Source: Maricaulis sp.
Lineage (GTDB): Bacteria > Pseudomonadota > Alphaproteobacteria > Caulobacterales > Maricaulaceae
Length of the DNA stretch: 64,000 nucleotides
Direction of reading: 5' to 3'
Assembly: GCF_030149425.1 (NCBI RefSeq)
Contig: NZ_JASBRQ010000080.1
Span: forward strand, 8,455-72,454
The notes beneath the pieces are model-generated. The model did no database searches. It saw nothing but the letters and a program-made list of their open reading frames with translations, and was not told the origin of the DNA. Made by a program: the position numbers and the translations under genes. Shown here piece after piece: positions 48,311 through 58,033 of this stretch. Position 1 is the first letter of the stretch. Every line of letters starts with the position of its first letter.

Positions 48311-48525
48311 GCGAGGTCCTGCGTCAGCCACCAGATTGCACCACGCCCCCGTGAGCGGACCGCTCCCGGGGGCGTTTTTCTGGCCGGTGCCAACGCTGCG
48401 TTCAACTCCGCCTCATCAAGGCTTGAGTAAAATCGTCCGCGCGTTGAGACTTGTGCCTCAGAACGGCCCGGTTCCTACCCAAGACTGGCTGTTCGGGCGG
48501 GGTGAAGAGTGAGTGGGGTCAGTTG

Positions 48526-49170
48526 ATGTCGGTGACGGCTGCCATTATCGCAGCGAGCCTTTTAGGAGCAGGACAACCATCCTGGCCCTTCGGGTCGAGC
48601 TATCAATGCCGCCGTGACCCGGACGGGTATGAATGCTTTTGCGACCGCAACCGCTCACACGAGTTCTGCCGCAACGACTACCGCGATCTCGATCCGCGCC
48701 TGCACAGCCGGATTTGCGCCGCCTTCCCCAATTATTATCGCTGCGACATTGTCCCGGCCACGGGCCGGTTCAGAGCTGTTGTTGACTACAGCGCGAGCAA
48801 TTGGGAGCTTATGCTCTATGATGACGGCTTCGCGCTGCCGCCGCTTCTGTCAGGCGGGGATGATGATCTCGACGACGGTTATCCGGACCCGCTGCCGACG
48901 ATGAGTTGCACCATGGAAGTGCGCTCCCAGCGGGGCGCTTTCGAGTTGCGCGGGCGCTTCGAGATCGGCGATAGCGGTGCCTACTCTTTCCGCCGTAGCG
49001 ACTTCACTGGCCGCCCACCCACAGGCTCCCCGCGGCATGTGGATGCGCTTTTCATCGAGTGCTTCGACCGCTTCACCGGTGAACGCCTGCAGGACCGGCT
49101 GGTCGACAATGACCGCGAGGGCGACACACTGCGATGGCGCGAACTGACCTCTGATTACGGGTACCGCTGA
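48526..49170 (+). CDS. Hypothetical protein with Cys-rich N-terminal segment
   Basis: 214 aa from ATG 48526. Weak signal-like N-terminus and six Cys in the first ~90 aa. No family recognised. Confidence 0.45.
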   Translation: MSVTAAIIAASLLGAGQPSWPFGSSYQCRRDPDGYECFCDRNRSHEFCRNDYRDLDPRLHSRICAAFPNYYRCDIVPATGRFRAVVDYSASNWELMLYDDGFALPPLLSGGDDDLDDGYPDPLPTMSCTMEVRSQRGAFELRGRFEIGDSGAYSFRRSDFTGRPPTGSPRHVDALFIECFDRFTGERLQDRLVDNDREGDTLRWRELTSDYGYR

Positions 49171-49176
49171 ATAAAG

Positions 49177-49208
49177 AGGCGCCCGGATCGGAACTCGACC
49201 CGGGCGCC
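49177..49208. terminator. Hairpin between convergent genes
   Basis: AGGCGCCCGG ... CCGGGCGCCT 10-bp stem with a 12-nt loop and weak flanking T/A runs. Confidence 0.5.
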
Positions 49209-49242
49209 TTCGTGACACAAGGCAAAGGCATTGGGAGAGACG

Positions 49243-50943
49243 TCAGCCGGCCTTGCGTACCTCTTTTAGGAAGGTTTCCACCGTCCGGTTGAGCCGGTCC
49301 GTGCGTTCCGTCACGGTCTCGACCGCAGATAATACATCCAGCGAGGCTTCACCGGTCTGACCGGCCGAGCGGGACACCATTTCCACATTATCGGTGACCG
49401 ACCGGGCGCTGGTTGCAGCGTGCGCGACAGAGGCGGAAATCTCCCGCGTCGAAGCGCTTTGCTGTTCTGCTGCAGCGGCAATGGCCGAGGCGGCACGCGA
49501 AATCTCGCCCACCGCGTCCGTCACCTCTCCAATGGAGCGCGAGGAGCCTTGCGCGGCGTCCTGGATGGACTGGATCTGGTCACGGATATCCTCGGTCGCA
49601 TTGGCGGTCTGGGCCGCGAGGGTTTTCACCTCGGACGCCACAACGGCGAAGCCCTTGCCGGCTTCACCGGCACGCGCGGCCTCGATGGTTGCATTGAGCG
49701 CCAACAGATTGGTCTGCTCGGAGATATCATTGATCAGCTCGACAACATGGCCGATTTCCTGGGCCGCGTTACCCAGGTTCTCAACCACCTGCTGCACCGA
49801 ACGGGTCCGCTCATCAGCACGGCTGGCCATATCCGAAGAGCCCTGGATCTGGGTCGTGACTTCCTGAATCGAGGCTGTGAGCTCCTCCGCCGCAGCCGCA
49901 ACGGATTCGACATTGCTCGAGGCTTCAGCCGCGGCATTCGCCATTTCTCCGCTCTTTTCCGAGCCTTCAGCAGCGGTCTGCGACAATTGCTGTGAGATGG
50001 CCGACATGGCCGAGCAGGCCTCAGCGACCTCGCCCAACAAGGTCATCACTTCCTTGTCGAAGCCCTCTGCCAGCGCATTGACCCGTTCAGCCCGGGCCGC
50101 ATCATCGGCAGCCTGCTGGCGTTGTTCACTCTCCAGGGCCTCGGCCCGCATGCCGTTCTCGCGGAAGCGCTTAAGACTGTCGACAACAGCCCCAAGCTCA
50201 TCCTGCCGCTCCAGCGCCGCGATATCGAGATCGAAATCGCCATTGGCCAGGGTCTCCGTCGCATCGGCAATCCGGCGCACTGAACGCGCTGTGCGACGGC
50301 CATAGAGCAGCGACACGGCCAAAAGGCCGATACCGACAACCACGGTCACACCAATGAAGGTAAAGACCGATCGCCGGGCAGCCACCTGCGCAGCAGCCGT
50401 ATCCTCGCGGGCCAGATCAGCGGCATGGGCCGCGATACCCGTCAGATCAGCATTGAGCTGATTAAAAACCCCGTCGAAGGGGGCCAGGAAGGCCACCGAA
50501 CTGGCAAAATCTAGCTCGAGCATCTGCCCGACGAAGTCGAGGGCATCCTTGTACAGTCCCAGTTGTTCGACGACGTCATCAAGCGTATCGCCACGCCCAT
50601 CAAGCACCGGACTGTCGCGCAATTCCTCGATCCGGTTGGAGACTGCGTCCACATTTGCGCTGACGGCCTCAAATTCGGCCATGACATCCAGCGTATCGCC
50701 GGCCGCCTGGCGGGTGACGATCTGCAGCACATCGGCATTGATGGTTTCCAGCTCGGCCTGCAATTGCGTCAGGGCCACGCCGGTTTCCATCTCTGCGACC
50801 ACGCGAACCTGGGTGTCAGAGGCCGAATTCAACGACCACCCCCCCAGTCCGGCAACGCTCGCCAGGGCAATAATCGCCATTACCGGAGCGACCGCGAAGG
50901 ATTGCGCGATCGTGAGCCGGAATATCGAGGCTCCCTTGATCAT
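49243..50943 (-). CDS. Methyl-accepting chemotaxis protein (TM, HAMP, MA domains)
   Basis: 566 aa. Two TM segments, HAMP, and the highly conserved [38 protein letters not shown]. Confidence 0.9.
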   Translation of the reverse strand: MIKGASIFRLTIAQSFAVAPVMAIIALASVAGLGGWSLNSASDTQVRVVAEMETGVALTQLQAELETINADVLQIVTRQAAGDTLDVMAEFEAVSANVDAVSNRIEELRDSPVLDGRGDTLDDVVEQLGLYKDALDFVGQMLELDFASSVAFLAPFDGVFNQLNADLTGIAAHAADLAREDTAAAQVAARRSVFTFIGVTVVVGIGLLAVSLLYGRRTARSVRRIADATETLANGDFDLDIAALERQDELGAVVDSLKRFRENGMRAEALESEQRQQAADDAARAERVNALAEGFDKEVMTLLGEVAEACSAMSAISQQLSQTAAEGSEKSGEMANAAAEASSNVESVAAAAEELTASIQEVTTQIQGSSDMASRADERTRSVQQVVENLGNAAQEIGHVVELINDISEQTNLLALNATIEAARAGEAGKGFAVVASEVKTLAAQTANATEDIRDQIQSIQDAAQGSSRSIGEVTDAVGEISRAASAIAAAAEQQSASTREISASVAHAATSARSVTDNVEMVSRSAGQTGEASLDVLSAVETVTERTDRLNRTVETFLKEVRKAG

Positions 50944-50985
50944 TTCTCTCTCCCTTGCAGACGGAACGCGCCGGTTGAGCTGATG

Positions 50986-51011
50986 TCCCGCAGCGCCTGC
51001 ATGCTGCGGGA
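50986..51011 (-). terminator. Weak hairpin downstream of the TonB-dependent receptor gene
   Basis: TCCCGCAGC-8 nt-GCTGCGGGA with no U-tract. Confidence 0.35.
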
Positions 51012-51028
51012 CACCCTACCGGCCCCAC

Positions 51029-53047
51029 CTAGAAGGCGGTGGAAAGCTGCAACCAGGTCCGTGAAGCGGGCTGGTAATTCACATTGGTGATCTCGCCGCT
51101 GCCAAAATTGGCATTCTGGGCGTTCAGCGAGACGTTGACATGGTCGCTGATCCGGTAGCCAGCCCGGAAGGAGGCCGCCAGCGAGGCGTCCAGGTCATAC
51201 CGGGTCAAGGTTCCGAACTCCGGCTGGAACGGGCTCGTCGTACCAGAGACATAATTCAGATAAGCGTCAGCGGTGAAGCGTTCGCCGGTCCATCCAACAT
51301 GGGCGTTGGCCAAGTGTTCCGGCGTTGCGCTCTCGAAGTCCAGGGCGGTGAAGAGACCAAACGTATCCAGATCGTCGTCGACGCTCTGATAGGTGTAGTT
51401 CACACCCCAGTTCCACGGTCCGTCCGGGTTACCCGTGAGGCTGATCTCGGCACCGGTCGTCTGGGTGTCCCCGCGGTTGTTGAACAACAGGACCGGAACA
51501 GGCGCGGCGGGTGGCAGAATGTCCGGGAATGCCCCAAACGTGCCGCGCACATCGCTGGTGTCCTGCATGAAGACCGCAGCGCGCAGGTCGACGGTGGGGC
51601 TGATGGCCCGATCGTAAGCGACCTCATAGGCGGTGACGACCGAAGTCTCGATATTCGGATTGCCGGTAATCGCCAGCGGTATTGGAGACGTCGTAAACAG
51701 CGTGAAGCCGATATCGAACATCGACGGAGCCTGGATACCGCGGCTGGCTGAGAAGCGGACTGCCCCGCCGCTTTGCGGGCGCCAGACCAGCGCTGCGTTG
51801 TAAGAGAACTCCTCAAAGGAGACGTCATAGTCTTCTTGCGAGAAGATGTAGAGTGCCGGGTTGGGATCGCCGTCACGGCTCCATTCTACATTGTCGAAGC
51901 GACCGGCCAGTGTCAGGTCGACAGCGTTTGAGAATTTGTGGTTCCACATGGCCGAAAACGCGGTGGTCTCGTAACCGAAGCCGCCATTCCCAGGATCCGG
52001 GAACGACACCGTGGTCCCTTCGCGGTACTCCGCGGACAAGCGTACCGTATCGCTGGTACCGAGCTTGAACAGATTCTGTACCCGGAAAGCCGTCAGCTCA
52101 TTGCTCGACGGGCCGAAATCATAGGCGATTTCGGTTTCGTTGCGATAGCCGGACAGGGTGAGGAAACCGAAATCCGTGTCCGCCTCGACATCGACCTTGT
52201 AGGAGGTGAGCTCATAGAGCGAGCGCGTGGTGTAATAGATACTGGTCAACTCTTGCAGTTCGACTTCCGAGGTCGTCGCTTCTGCGATGAGACGAATATT
52301 ATCGGAGAGCTGGAACCGGCCTTCAATCGCCGCGGTCTCACGGCTGAAATCGCCATCGGCAAGCGAAACGGCGAAGGTATTGCTCTCGACCGGATCAAAT
52401 TCATCGGCTCCGGCGTTACCATAAGAAAAACGCACCGATGCGCGCTCGCCGAGGCGTCGCCCGGCGGTGAGTGAGACATCGCCATAACCACCATCACCGA
52501 CATTGACCCGGGCACTGGCCCAGTCGCCGAAGTCCGGATTGCGGGTGATGATGTTGACGACGCCGGAGACGGCGTTGAATCCGTAAAGCGCCGATTGCGG
52601 CCCCTTCACCACTTCGATCTGCTGGATTTCCTCCAGCTGGACCGGCAGGGTCGACCAGGCCGTATAGCCATAGCTGTCCAGGTAGACCTCGCGGCCATTC
52701 ACCAGGACGAGAAGGCGCGGCATGTAACCGGACGCCTCGCCGCGAATGGAGACCTGGCTGTCGCCGAAACCAAAACGGTTGTGATTGATGCCGGCATAGT
52801 GACGCAGGAGCCCGGGGATATCGAACTCCGGCGAACGGGCAATATCATCACGCGTGATGATGATCATTGTCGCGGGGACATCGGAGGAGCGTTGCGGAGC
52901 ACCGGTGGCGCCGGCCGTTACCGCCTCGCCGAACAAGTCACTCATAGCACTGTAATCGAGAGACTGCCCGATCGCCGGCAAAGACAGCACAGCTGCTGCG
53001 GAGAGCGCAGTAGCAGACATCATGAGGAAGCGCGTATTCATTTTCAT
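51029..53047 (-). CDS. TonB-dependent outer-membrane receptor
   Basis: 672 aa. Signal peptide, plug domain (IIITRDDIARSP, VSIRGE, IEVVKGPQSALYGFNAVSGVVNIITR), and a beta-barrel ending in ...WLQLSTAF. Confidence 0.9.
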   Translation of the reverse strand: MKMNTRFLMMSATALSAAAVLSLPAIGQSLDYSAMSDLFGEAVTAGATGAPQRSSDVPATMIIITRDDIARSPEFDIPGLLRHYAGINHNRFGFGDSQVSIRGEASGYMPRLLVLVNGREVYLDSYGYTAWSTLPVQLEEIQQIEVVKGPQSALYGFNAVSGVVNIITRNPDFGDWASARVNVGDGGYGDVSLTAGRRLGERASVRFSYGNAGADEFDPVESNTFAVSLADGDFSRETAAIEGRFQLSDNIRLIAEATTSEVELQELTSIYYTTRSLYELTSYKVDVEADTDFGFLTLSGYRNETEIAYDFGPSSNELTAFRVQNLFKLGTSDTVRLSAEYREGTTVSFPDPGNGGFGYETTAFSAMWNHKFSNAVDLTLAGRFDNVEWSRDGDPNPALYIFSQEDYDVSFEEFSYNAALVWRPQSGGAVRFSASRGIQAPSMFDIGFTLFTTSPIPLAITGNPNIETSVVTAYEVAYDRAISPTVDLRAAVFMQDTSDVRGTFGAFPDILPPAAPVPVLLFNNRGDTQTTGAEISLTGNPDGPWNWGVNYTYQSVDDDLDTFGLFTALDFESATPEHLANAHVGWTGERFTADAYLNYVSGTTSPFQPEFGTLTRYDLDASLAASFRAGYRISDHVNVSLNAQNANFGSGEITNVNYQPASRTWLQLSTAF

Positions 53048-53070
53048 ATCCTTGAGATTCTGTACTTCGC

Positions 53071-53580
53071 CTAGATTTCTTCAATCATCATCGCGAAAGC
53101 GGCAGCGAATGAGACTGAGGCGGCGTCTGCATTGGCGCGGTTAACCACGATGCGGACCGATGGCGCACTCTGGACACCCATGACGCAGCCCTGGGCCTCA
53201 ACGCAGCCCATATCGCTGGCGACAGATAAAATACCCGCCGCATTAATGGCTTGAGCGATCGAAGGATCACCCGCAGCGCCGCCTATGAGGACCGCAGCGT
53301 GAGCTCCATCAAGACCGGAAAGCTCAGCACTGCTAACAAGGCGGCCAGTAAGCGTCACGCGGCCGGCGCGGAGGCCGCCACTCAGTGCGGTGAGCAGGGC
53401 CTCTGCTTCACCGGCGCTGGAGGCGTCATGGACGATAGCGAGAACCCGCTCGCTGCCGCTTTGGTTTTCAACAAATCCGAGGGCCCGACCAATGACCTCA
53501 AGGTCGCGCGTGGTCGTTTCCGCAGCTGCAGGAGCAGCCAGCAGCAGCCCCGCCGCTACCGGCAGGAGAAAATTGCGCAT
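53071..53580 (-). CDS. Periplasmic protein, YfiR/DUF4154-like (tentative)
   Basis: 169 aa with a signal peptide. Layout ...AGILSVASD..GC.....GC...V......IVVNRANADAASVSF resembles DUF4154. 23 nt upstream of the TonB-dependent receptor gene. Confidence 0.4.
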   Translation of the reverse strand: MRNFLLPVAAGLLLAAPAAAETTTRDLEVIGRALGFVENQSGSERVLAIVHDASSAGEAEALLTALSGGLRAGRVTLTGRLVSSAELSGLDGAHAAVLIGGAAGDPSIAQAINAAGILSVASDMGCVEAQGCVMGVQSAPSVRIVVNRANADAASVSFAAAFAMMIEEI

Positions 53581-53883
53581 CGATGTATCCCTTGTTCCGA
53601 GGCACCCACGGGCTCATCAGACCCGCGTTACCGAAAGGGGGTAGCGATGGATAATTAACCCTAACTTTCTCTGGGATAATGCGATATTACCGAAACAATG
53701 CATATTTCAGAACCTGATAAGGGTGCGAAATAAAAAGGAAAAAAAGAAAAACCGAGCGACATTCCGATTTCTTCTTCAAAGTGAGGAACTTAGTTGCATC
53801 GAAACACTCTTTTCTGCCTCCACCGCATTTCCGCCAAGATCGGGGCGGCATATGCAAAAAAGTGGAAAGAAGATCAGGATGTG

Positions 53884-54405
53884 ATGCCGATGCGGGCCTT
53901 GGCGGATGAAAAACGCGGGCAATTGACCAGCGCTCTACTGCTTCTGACCAGTCTGCTCTTTGTGCTCGGCCTGCTTTTGCCGGCGGTTGAAACAACGCAT
54001 GTCTGGCTCTGGCGCGGCGAACATTCCATCGCCGGTTTCGGCCTCGCCCTACTCGAAGCTGACGAGTATGCGCTCGCCGCTATCGTATGGGTGTTCTCTC
54101 TGATCTTCCCGGCCACCAAGCTGATCTGGATGTGGCGCCTGCAATTCCGGCGCACCGTGCCCCCCGGTCCGGGGCAGCTGCGGCTGCTTGAACTCTTGGG
54201 CAAATGGTCGATGGCCGATGTCCTCGTTATTGCCCTGTTGGTCCTGACTGTCCGGGGCAATTTTGTCTTCGGCGCCGCCCCTCTGCCCGGCCTGTTCGTA
54301 TTCGCGCTGGCTGTCGCCCTGTCCATGCTCGTTTCCGGCCGGATCCAGGCACATTTCCGGCTGCGTCAATCAACGGGTGCGGACGGGTCGTCAAGCAGCG
54401 CCTGA
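53884..54405 (+). CDS. PqiA-family (paraquat-inducible protein A-like) single-domain membrane protein
   Basis: 173 aa from ATG 53884. Four hydrophobic segments and the LGKWSMADVLVIALLV motif characteristic of PqiA. The ORF-track start 53794 lies in AT-rich DNA. Confidence 0.6.
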   Translation: MPMRALADEKRGQLTSALLLLTSLLFVLGLLLPAVETTHVWLWRGEHSIAGFGLALLEADEYALAAIVWVFSLIFPATKLIWMWRLQFRRTVPPGPGQLRLLELLGKWSMADVLVIALLVLTVRGNFVFGAAPLPGLFVFALAVALSMLVSGRIQAHFRLRQSTGADGSSSSA

Positions 54406-54839
54406 GCCCGGTTGCGAACGCGCTCGAGCAGGGCAGCCAGCACGCGCTCCTCCTCGCCGGTCAACTCGGAGACCAGAGCCGCCTCCGCAGCGAGTGCTGC
54501 AGGCGCGACATCGGCATAAACCGCTTCACCATCCGGTGTCAGGCGCAGAAGCGAGGAGCGGCGGTCGCGCCCATGCGGGCGTTTTTCCACGAGGCCCCGC
54601 TCGACCAGCGCCCGCACGGCCCGGCTGACGGATACCTTGTCCAAGCCAGCCGCATCGCCCAGCCCCTGCGCTGTTGCTTCACCTTCCTCACCCAGAATGG
54701 CGATGACGCGCCACTCCGGGATTGAGAGGCCGAAGCGGGCGCGATAGGCCCGCCCGACCATGCGGCTGACCCGGTGTGAGGCCAGGGCCAGACGGTAAGG
54801 CAGATAGTCATGCAGGCGGAGCGGCGTGGGCTTGGTCAT
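54366..54839 (-). CDS. MarR-family transcriptional regulator
   Basis: 157 aa from ATG 54839. IPEWRVIAILGEEGEATAQGLGDAAGLDKVSVSRAVRALVERGLVEKRPHGRDRRS winged-helix region. The ORF-track extension to 55238 was rejected. Confidence 0.85.
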   Translation of the reverse strand: MTKPTPLRLHDYLPYRLALASHRVSRMVGRAYRARFGLSIPEWRVIAILGEEGEATAQGLGDAAGLDKVSVSRAVRALVERGLVEKRPHGRDRRSSLLRLTPDGEAVYADVAPAALAAEAALVSELTGEEERVLAALLERVRNRAQALLDDPSAPVD

Positions 54840-54923
54840 GGGCGTAGATTGCCGGGTCAATGGCGCCGGAACAAGCACGCGCTGCGCCTCGACGTCGGGC
54901 CCGGCGCACGCTAAGGCAGGGCC

Positions 54924-55565
54924 ATGACAGATCTTTTCGCGCCCCGCCCCACCCCACGCCTCGCCCTGGACGGCGATAGCCGCAGCTTCCCGGTCAATCG
55001 CATCTTCTGCATCGGCCGCAATTACGCGGACCATGCGGCCGAAATGGGCGCCGCAGCGGAACCGATCTTCTTTATGAAACCCGCCCACAGTGTGATCACC
55101 GGTGCTGCCGTCCCCTACCCGCCGCAAACAGCCGACCTGCATCACGAGGTAGAGATGGTGCTCGCCCTCGGTCCCGGCGCTGAAATCATCGCTTCTGGTA
55201 CGGGTGTCGACCTGACCCGGCGCGATCTTCAGGCGCAAATGAAAGAAAAGCGGGCCCCCTGGGAAATCGGCAAAGCTTTCACTGCCTCGGCCCCGGTTGG
55301 ACCATTGCGCCTCGGACCACCGCCCAAGACCGGTGCGATCACATTGTCCGTCAATGGCGAAAGCCGCCAGAGCGGTGATCTCAAGCAGATGATCCTGCCG
55401 CCCGCCGAGCTGATTGACGCCCTGTCACGCTATTTCGATCTGGCCGAGGGCGATCTGATCTTCTCCGGCACGCCGGCCGGTGTCGCGGCGGTCAGTCCGG
55501 GCGACACGGTAGAGGCTGGTATTGCTGGCCTGCCCAGCCTCACCTTCACTCTCACGGGAGCATGA
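54924..55565 (+). CDS. Fumarylacetoacetate hydrolase-family protein (fumarylpyruvate/FAA hydrolase-like)
   Basis: 213 aa. RIFCIGRNYADHAAEMG, HHEVEMVLALG and GDLIFSGTPAGV motifs. Confidence 0.85.
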   Translation: MTDLFAPRPTPRLALDGDSRSFPVNRIFCIGRNYADHAAEMGAAAEPIFFMKPAHSVITGAAVPYPPQTADLHHEVEMVLALGPGAEIIASGTGVDLTRRDLQAQMKEKRAPWEIGKAFTASAPVGPLRLGPPPKTGAITLSVNGESRQSGDLKQMILPPAELIDALSRYFDLAEGDLIFSGTPAGVAAVSPGDTVEAGIAGLPSLTFTLTGA

Positions 55566-56212
55566 TCATGCCGCTTACGCTTTATGGATATTGGCGTTCC
55601 AGCGCTGCCTATCGCCTGCGCATTGCCCTCAATCTCAAGGGCGTCGCCTATGACCAGGTTTCCATCAATCTGAAAGATGGAGAACAGACCGGCGAGGCCT
55701 GGCTGGCTAAACAGCCTCAGGGCCTGGTGCCGCTCCTGGAAGATGGCGATATGCGCCTGGTGCAGTCTCCGGCCATGCTGGAATGGATCGAGGAAACCTG
55801 GCCGCAGCCGGCACTCCTGCCCGATAACAGCGATGCGCGCTGTCTTGTGCGCGGCTGGGCCTCCGTTATCGCCTGCGACATTCACCCGGTTCAGAACCTG
55901 CGCATCCTGAAAGCGGCGGCGGCGCTGGACGGCTCGGGATTTGACGGCATGAAAGCCTGGGCGCAGCGCTGGACCCAATCAGGCCTGGAAGCGCTGGAGC
56001 GCATGGTTGCCGGGCATGCACGCTCGACGCCATTCCTGTTCGGCGACACGCCGGGCATGAGCGAGGTCTATCTGGTGCCGCAAATGTATAATGCGCGGCG
56101 CTGGGAGACCGATCTGAGCAATTGCCCGACCTTGGTCAAAGCCGATGAGGCGGCACGTGCCTTGCCGGCCTTTGCCAAGGCCGCGCCGGAAAATCAGCCC
56201 GACGCAGACTGA
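55562..56212 (+). CDS. maiA: Maleylacetoacetate/maleylpyruvate isomerase (GST zeta)
   Basis: LTLYGYWRSSAAYRLRIALNLKG zeta-class motif and QGLVPLL. ATG overlaps the FAH stop. Confidence 0.85.
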   Translation: MIMPLTLYGYWRSSAAYRLRIALNLKGVAYDQVSINLKDGEQTGEAWLAKQPQGLVPLLEDGDMRLVQSPAMLEWIEETWPQPALLPDNSDARCLVRGWASVIACDIHPVQNLRILKAAAALDGSGFDGMKAWAQRWTQSGLEALERMVAGHARSTPFLFGDTPGMSEVYLVPQMYNARRWETDLSNCPTLVKADEAARALPAFAKAAPENQPDAD

Positions 56213-57420
56213 TCGGCCGCCGGTTCGGACTTGCGTTTGAACGGCTGCGCCTTGCCGTAGGTGAGCGAACGCCAGGCCCATTCCATCGGTCCAAAGCGGA
56301 AGCGGCTGAGCCAGAACGGCGACCAGGTGAGTTGCAATGCCCAGACGGCGACCACGATCAGGACCATGACCGAGCGATCAACCTGGCCGAACAGGCCAAG
56401 GCCCGGGAAACCAACGAAGATGAAGGTCATGATCAGTGTCTGGGTGAGATAATTGGTGAAGGCCATCTTGCCGGTCGCTGCCAGCACTGACGTGACCGGC
56501 TTCATCCAGACCTGCTGACAGATCAGCATGATTGCCGAGGCGTAGCCAAAGGCCAGGATCATCGAGCCGACATACTGCGCCGCGGCGGCCTGCCAAGCGA
56601 TGGCCGTCGAAAAATCATTGGCGAGCAGATACCAGGCTTGCCAGCCGCTCAGGGCGACGCCCAGCGGGATGCAAATCGCCGCACACCAGCCATAACGCTT
56701 GGCCGACCAGCCCAGGGTCAGGAACCCCGCGCGGAAGGCGGCCATGCCAATCAGCATCATGCCGGCAATTCGGCCGGAAAACATCACCAGCTGGATCAAT
56801 TCGAAAATCAGCGTCGTCGCCATATTGTAGGGCAGGCGATCAATGAAGCCGGCTTGGTAGAGCGCTGTGAGCTCCGCTACCCGCTCCGGCGTGAAGCCCA
56901 TCGCATCGGCGCCAGTGGTGGTATCGCCCAGCAGCGCGCCGATGGCGGCACCACCGATCATCAAGAGGCCGGTAAAGGCTCCCAGGCCGAGGCCAAGAGC
57001 CAGCAACCCACCCGTGGTCATGCGACGTGCCGTCACCACCACCATCCCGGCAAGCGCATAGGGTACGAGGATATCGCCGTACCAGAATATGTAGGCATGG
57101 ATCAGGCCGAAGAAGAGCAGCCAGAGCATGCGCCGCCAGTGCCGCTTGTGCGCTGCCTCACCCGTTCCCAGCATCAGGCAAATCCCCGCGCCGAACATGG
57201 CGGAGAACAGGGTGATGAATTTCAGCGTGAAAAAGGTCTGGGTGAACCACCAGGCCAGCTGATTGGCCGGCTGATCGAAATTGCCCTGGACATAGGGGTA
57301 ATCCGTCGCCGGCCAGAGCAGGCCGAAATACTGGACGTTCACCATCAGGATGCCGAGAACGGCAAAGCCGCGCAGCGTGTCCAAGCTCTCAAAACGCATC
57401 GCGCGGGGCGCAGCCGGCAT
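56194..57420 (-). CDS. DUF418 (YeiB-like) integral membrane protein
   Basis: 408 aa. RFESLDTLRGFAVLGILMVNV N-terminus, multiple TM segments, and C-terminal WLSRFRFGPMEWAWRSLTY. Confidence 0.8.
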   Translation of the reverse strand: MPAAPRAMRFESLDTLRGFAVLGILMVNVQYFGLLWPATDYPYVQGNFDQPANQLAWWFTQTFFTLKFITLFSAMFGAGICLMLGTGEAAHKRHWRRMLWLLFFGLIHAYIFWYGDILVPYALAGMVVVTARRMTTGGLLALGLGLGAFTGLLMIGGAAIGALLGDTTTGADAMGFTPERVAELTALYQAGFIDRLPYNMATTLIFELIQLVMFSGRIAGMMLIGMAAFRAGFLTLGWSAKRYGWCAAICIPLGVALSGWQAWYLLANDFSTAIAWQAAAAQYVGSMILAFGYASAIMLICQQVWMKPVTSVLAATGKMAFTNYLTQTLIMTFIFVGFPGLGLFGQVDRSVMVLIVVAVWALQLTWSPFWLSRFRFGPMEWAWRSLTYGKAQPFKRKSEPAADQSASG

Positions 57421-57565
57421 GAAGTTCTCCCTTTAGGCGAATTCGCCTCGATTCAGCCTTATTCTTACAAAGTTTTCACGCATTTCAACGGCTTCGTGAA
57501 TTGAAAATTCGCAAGGCTATAGTCATACCGATTATGTCGTTGGTGCTTTTAGAGGGACAGCTAAA

Positions 57566-57856
57566 ATGACCGACCTGCTCGCCGCCTTCATTGAATGGCT
57601 TGCGGTCCTTGCGATGTCGCTGGTTGGCATCGAATACACCCCGGCCGTCAACTGTGATCCGCAACCGCCTGTCGAATTCGAAACGGTTGAATACCTGCCA
57701 GCCGGCTATCTGCGCCCGGCTGCCTATTCCATCGATGATCGGCGCGCGGCCGAACTCGAATTGCGGCGGCTCGCCGAATGCGACGCGTCCATGCTGGTTT
57801 TACCGGTGCAAACCCGGCCGGTGCTGGTCGAGCACACCCGCGTTTACGACAGCTGA
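57566..57856 (+). CDS. Hypothetical small protein with N-terminal hydrophobic helix
   Basis: 96-aa ORF. It is the only sizeable ORF in this gap but has no recognisable motif. Confidence 0.3.
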   Translation: MTDLLAAFIEWLAVLAMSLVGIEYTPAVNCDPQPPVEFETVEYLPAGYLRPAAYSIDDRRAAELELRRLAECDASMLVLPVQTRPVLVEHTRVYDS

Positions 57857-58033
57857 TTAACGCGAATCGGATCAATTTTCCGCCGCAAATCCAGTCTCTG
57901 CATAGATTATCTGTGTCTAAGCCGAGCCTTTGGGCGTATGCTCGTTATAGTTTGATTAAGACATCGCCCCGCCGGACGATGCGCTGAAGAATTCGCGCTC
58001 CCGGGCAGACCAAGCACTGTATCGAGCATCAAA

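Noticed and set aside
47847-48512. 221-aa ORF in another plus frame, and minus-strand ORFs 47894..48178 and 47937..48290 across the His/Arg-rich gene.
   Set aside because: These are by-products of the CAY/CGN/GAY-rich codon composition. Only the 47807 frame has a signal peptide and an SD. Their translations are Ala/Ile/Thr/Val or Gly/Arg runs with no start context.
53590-53640. CUGAUGAG string on the minus strand in the leader of the YfiR-like/TonB receptor operon, reminiscent of a hammerhead ribozyme core or a riboswitch.
   Set aside because: I could not build stem II with a sensible loop. The required GAAA and the cleavage-site helix do not follow in register. It also does not fit the THI-box or B12-box consensus. 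This is most likely chance.
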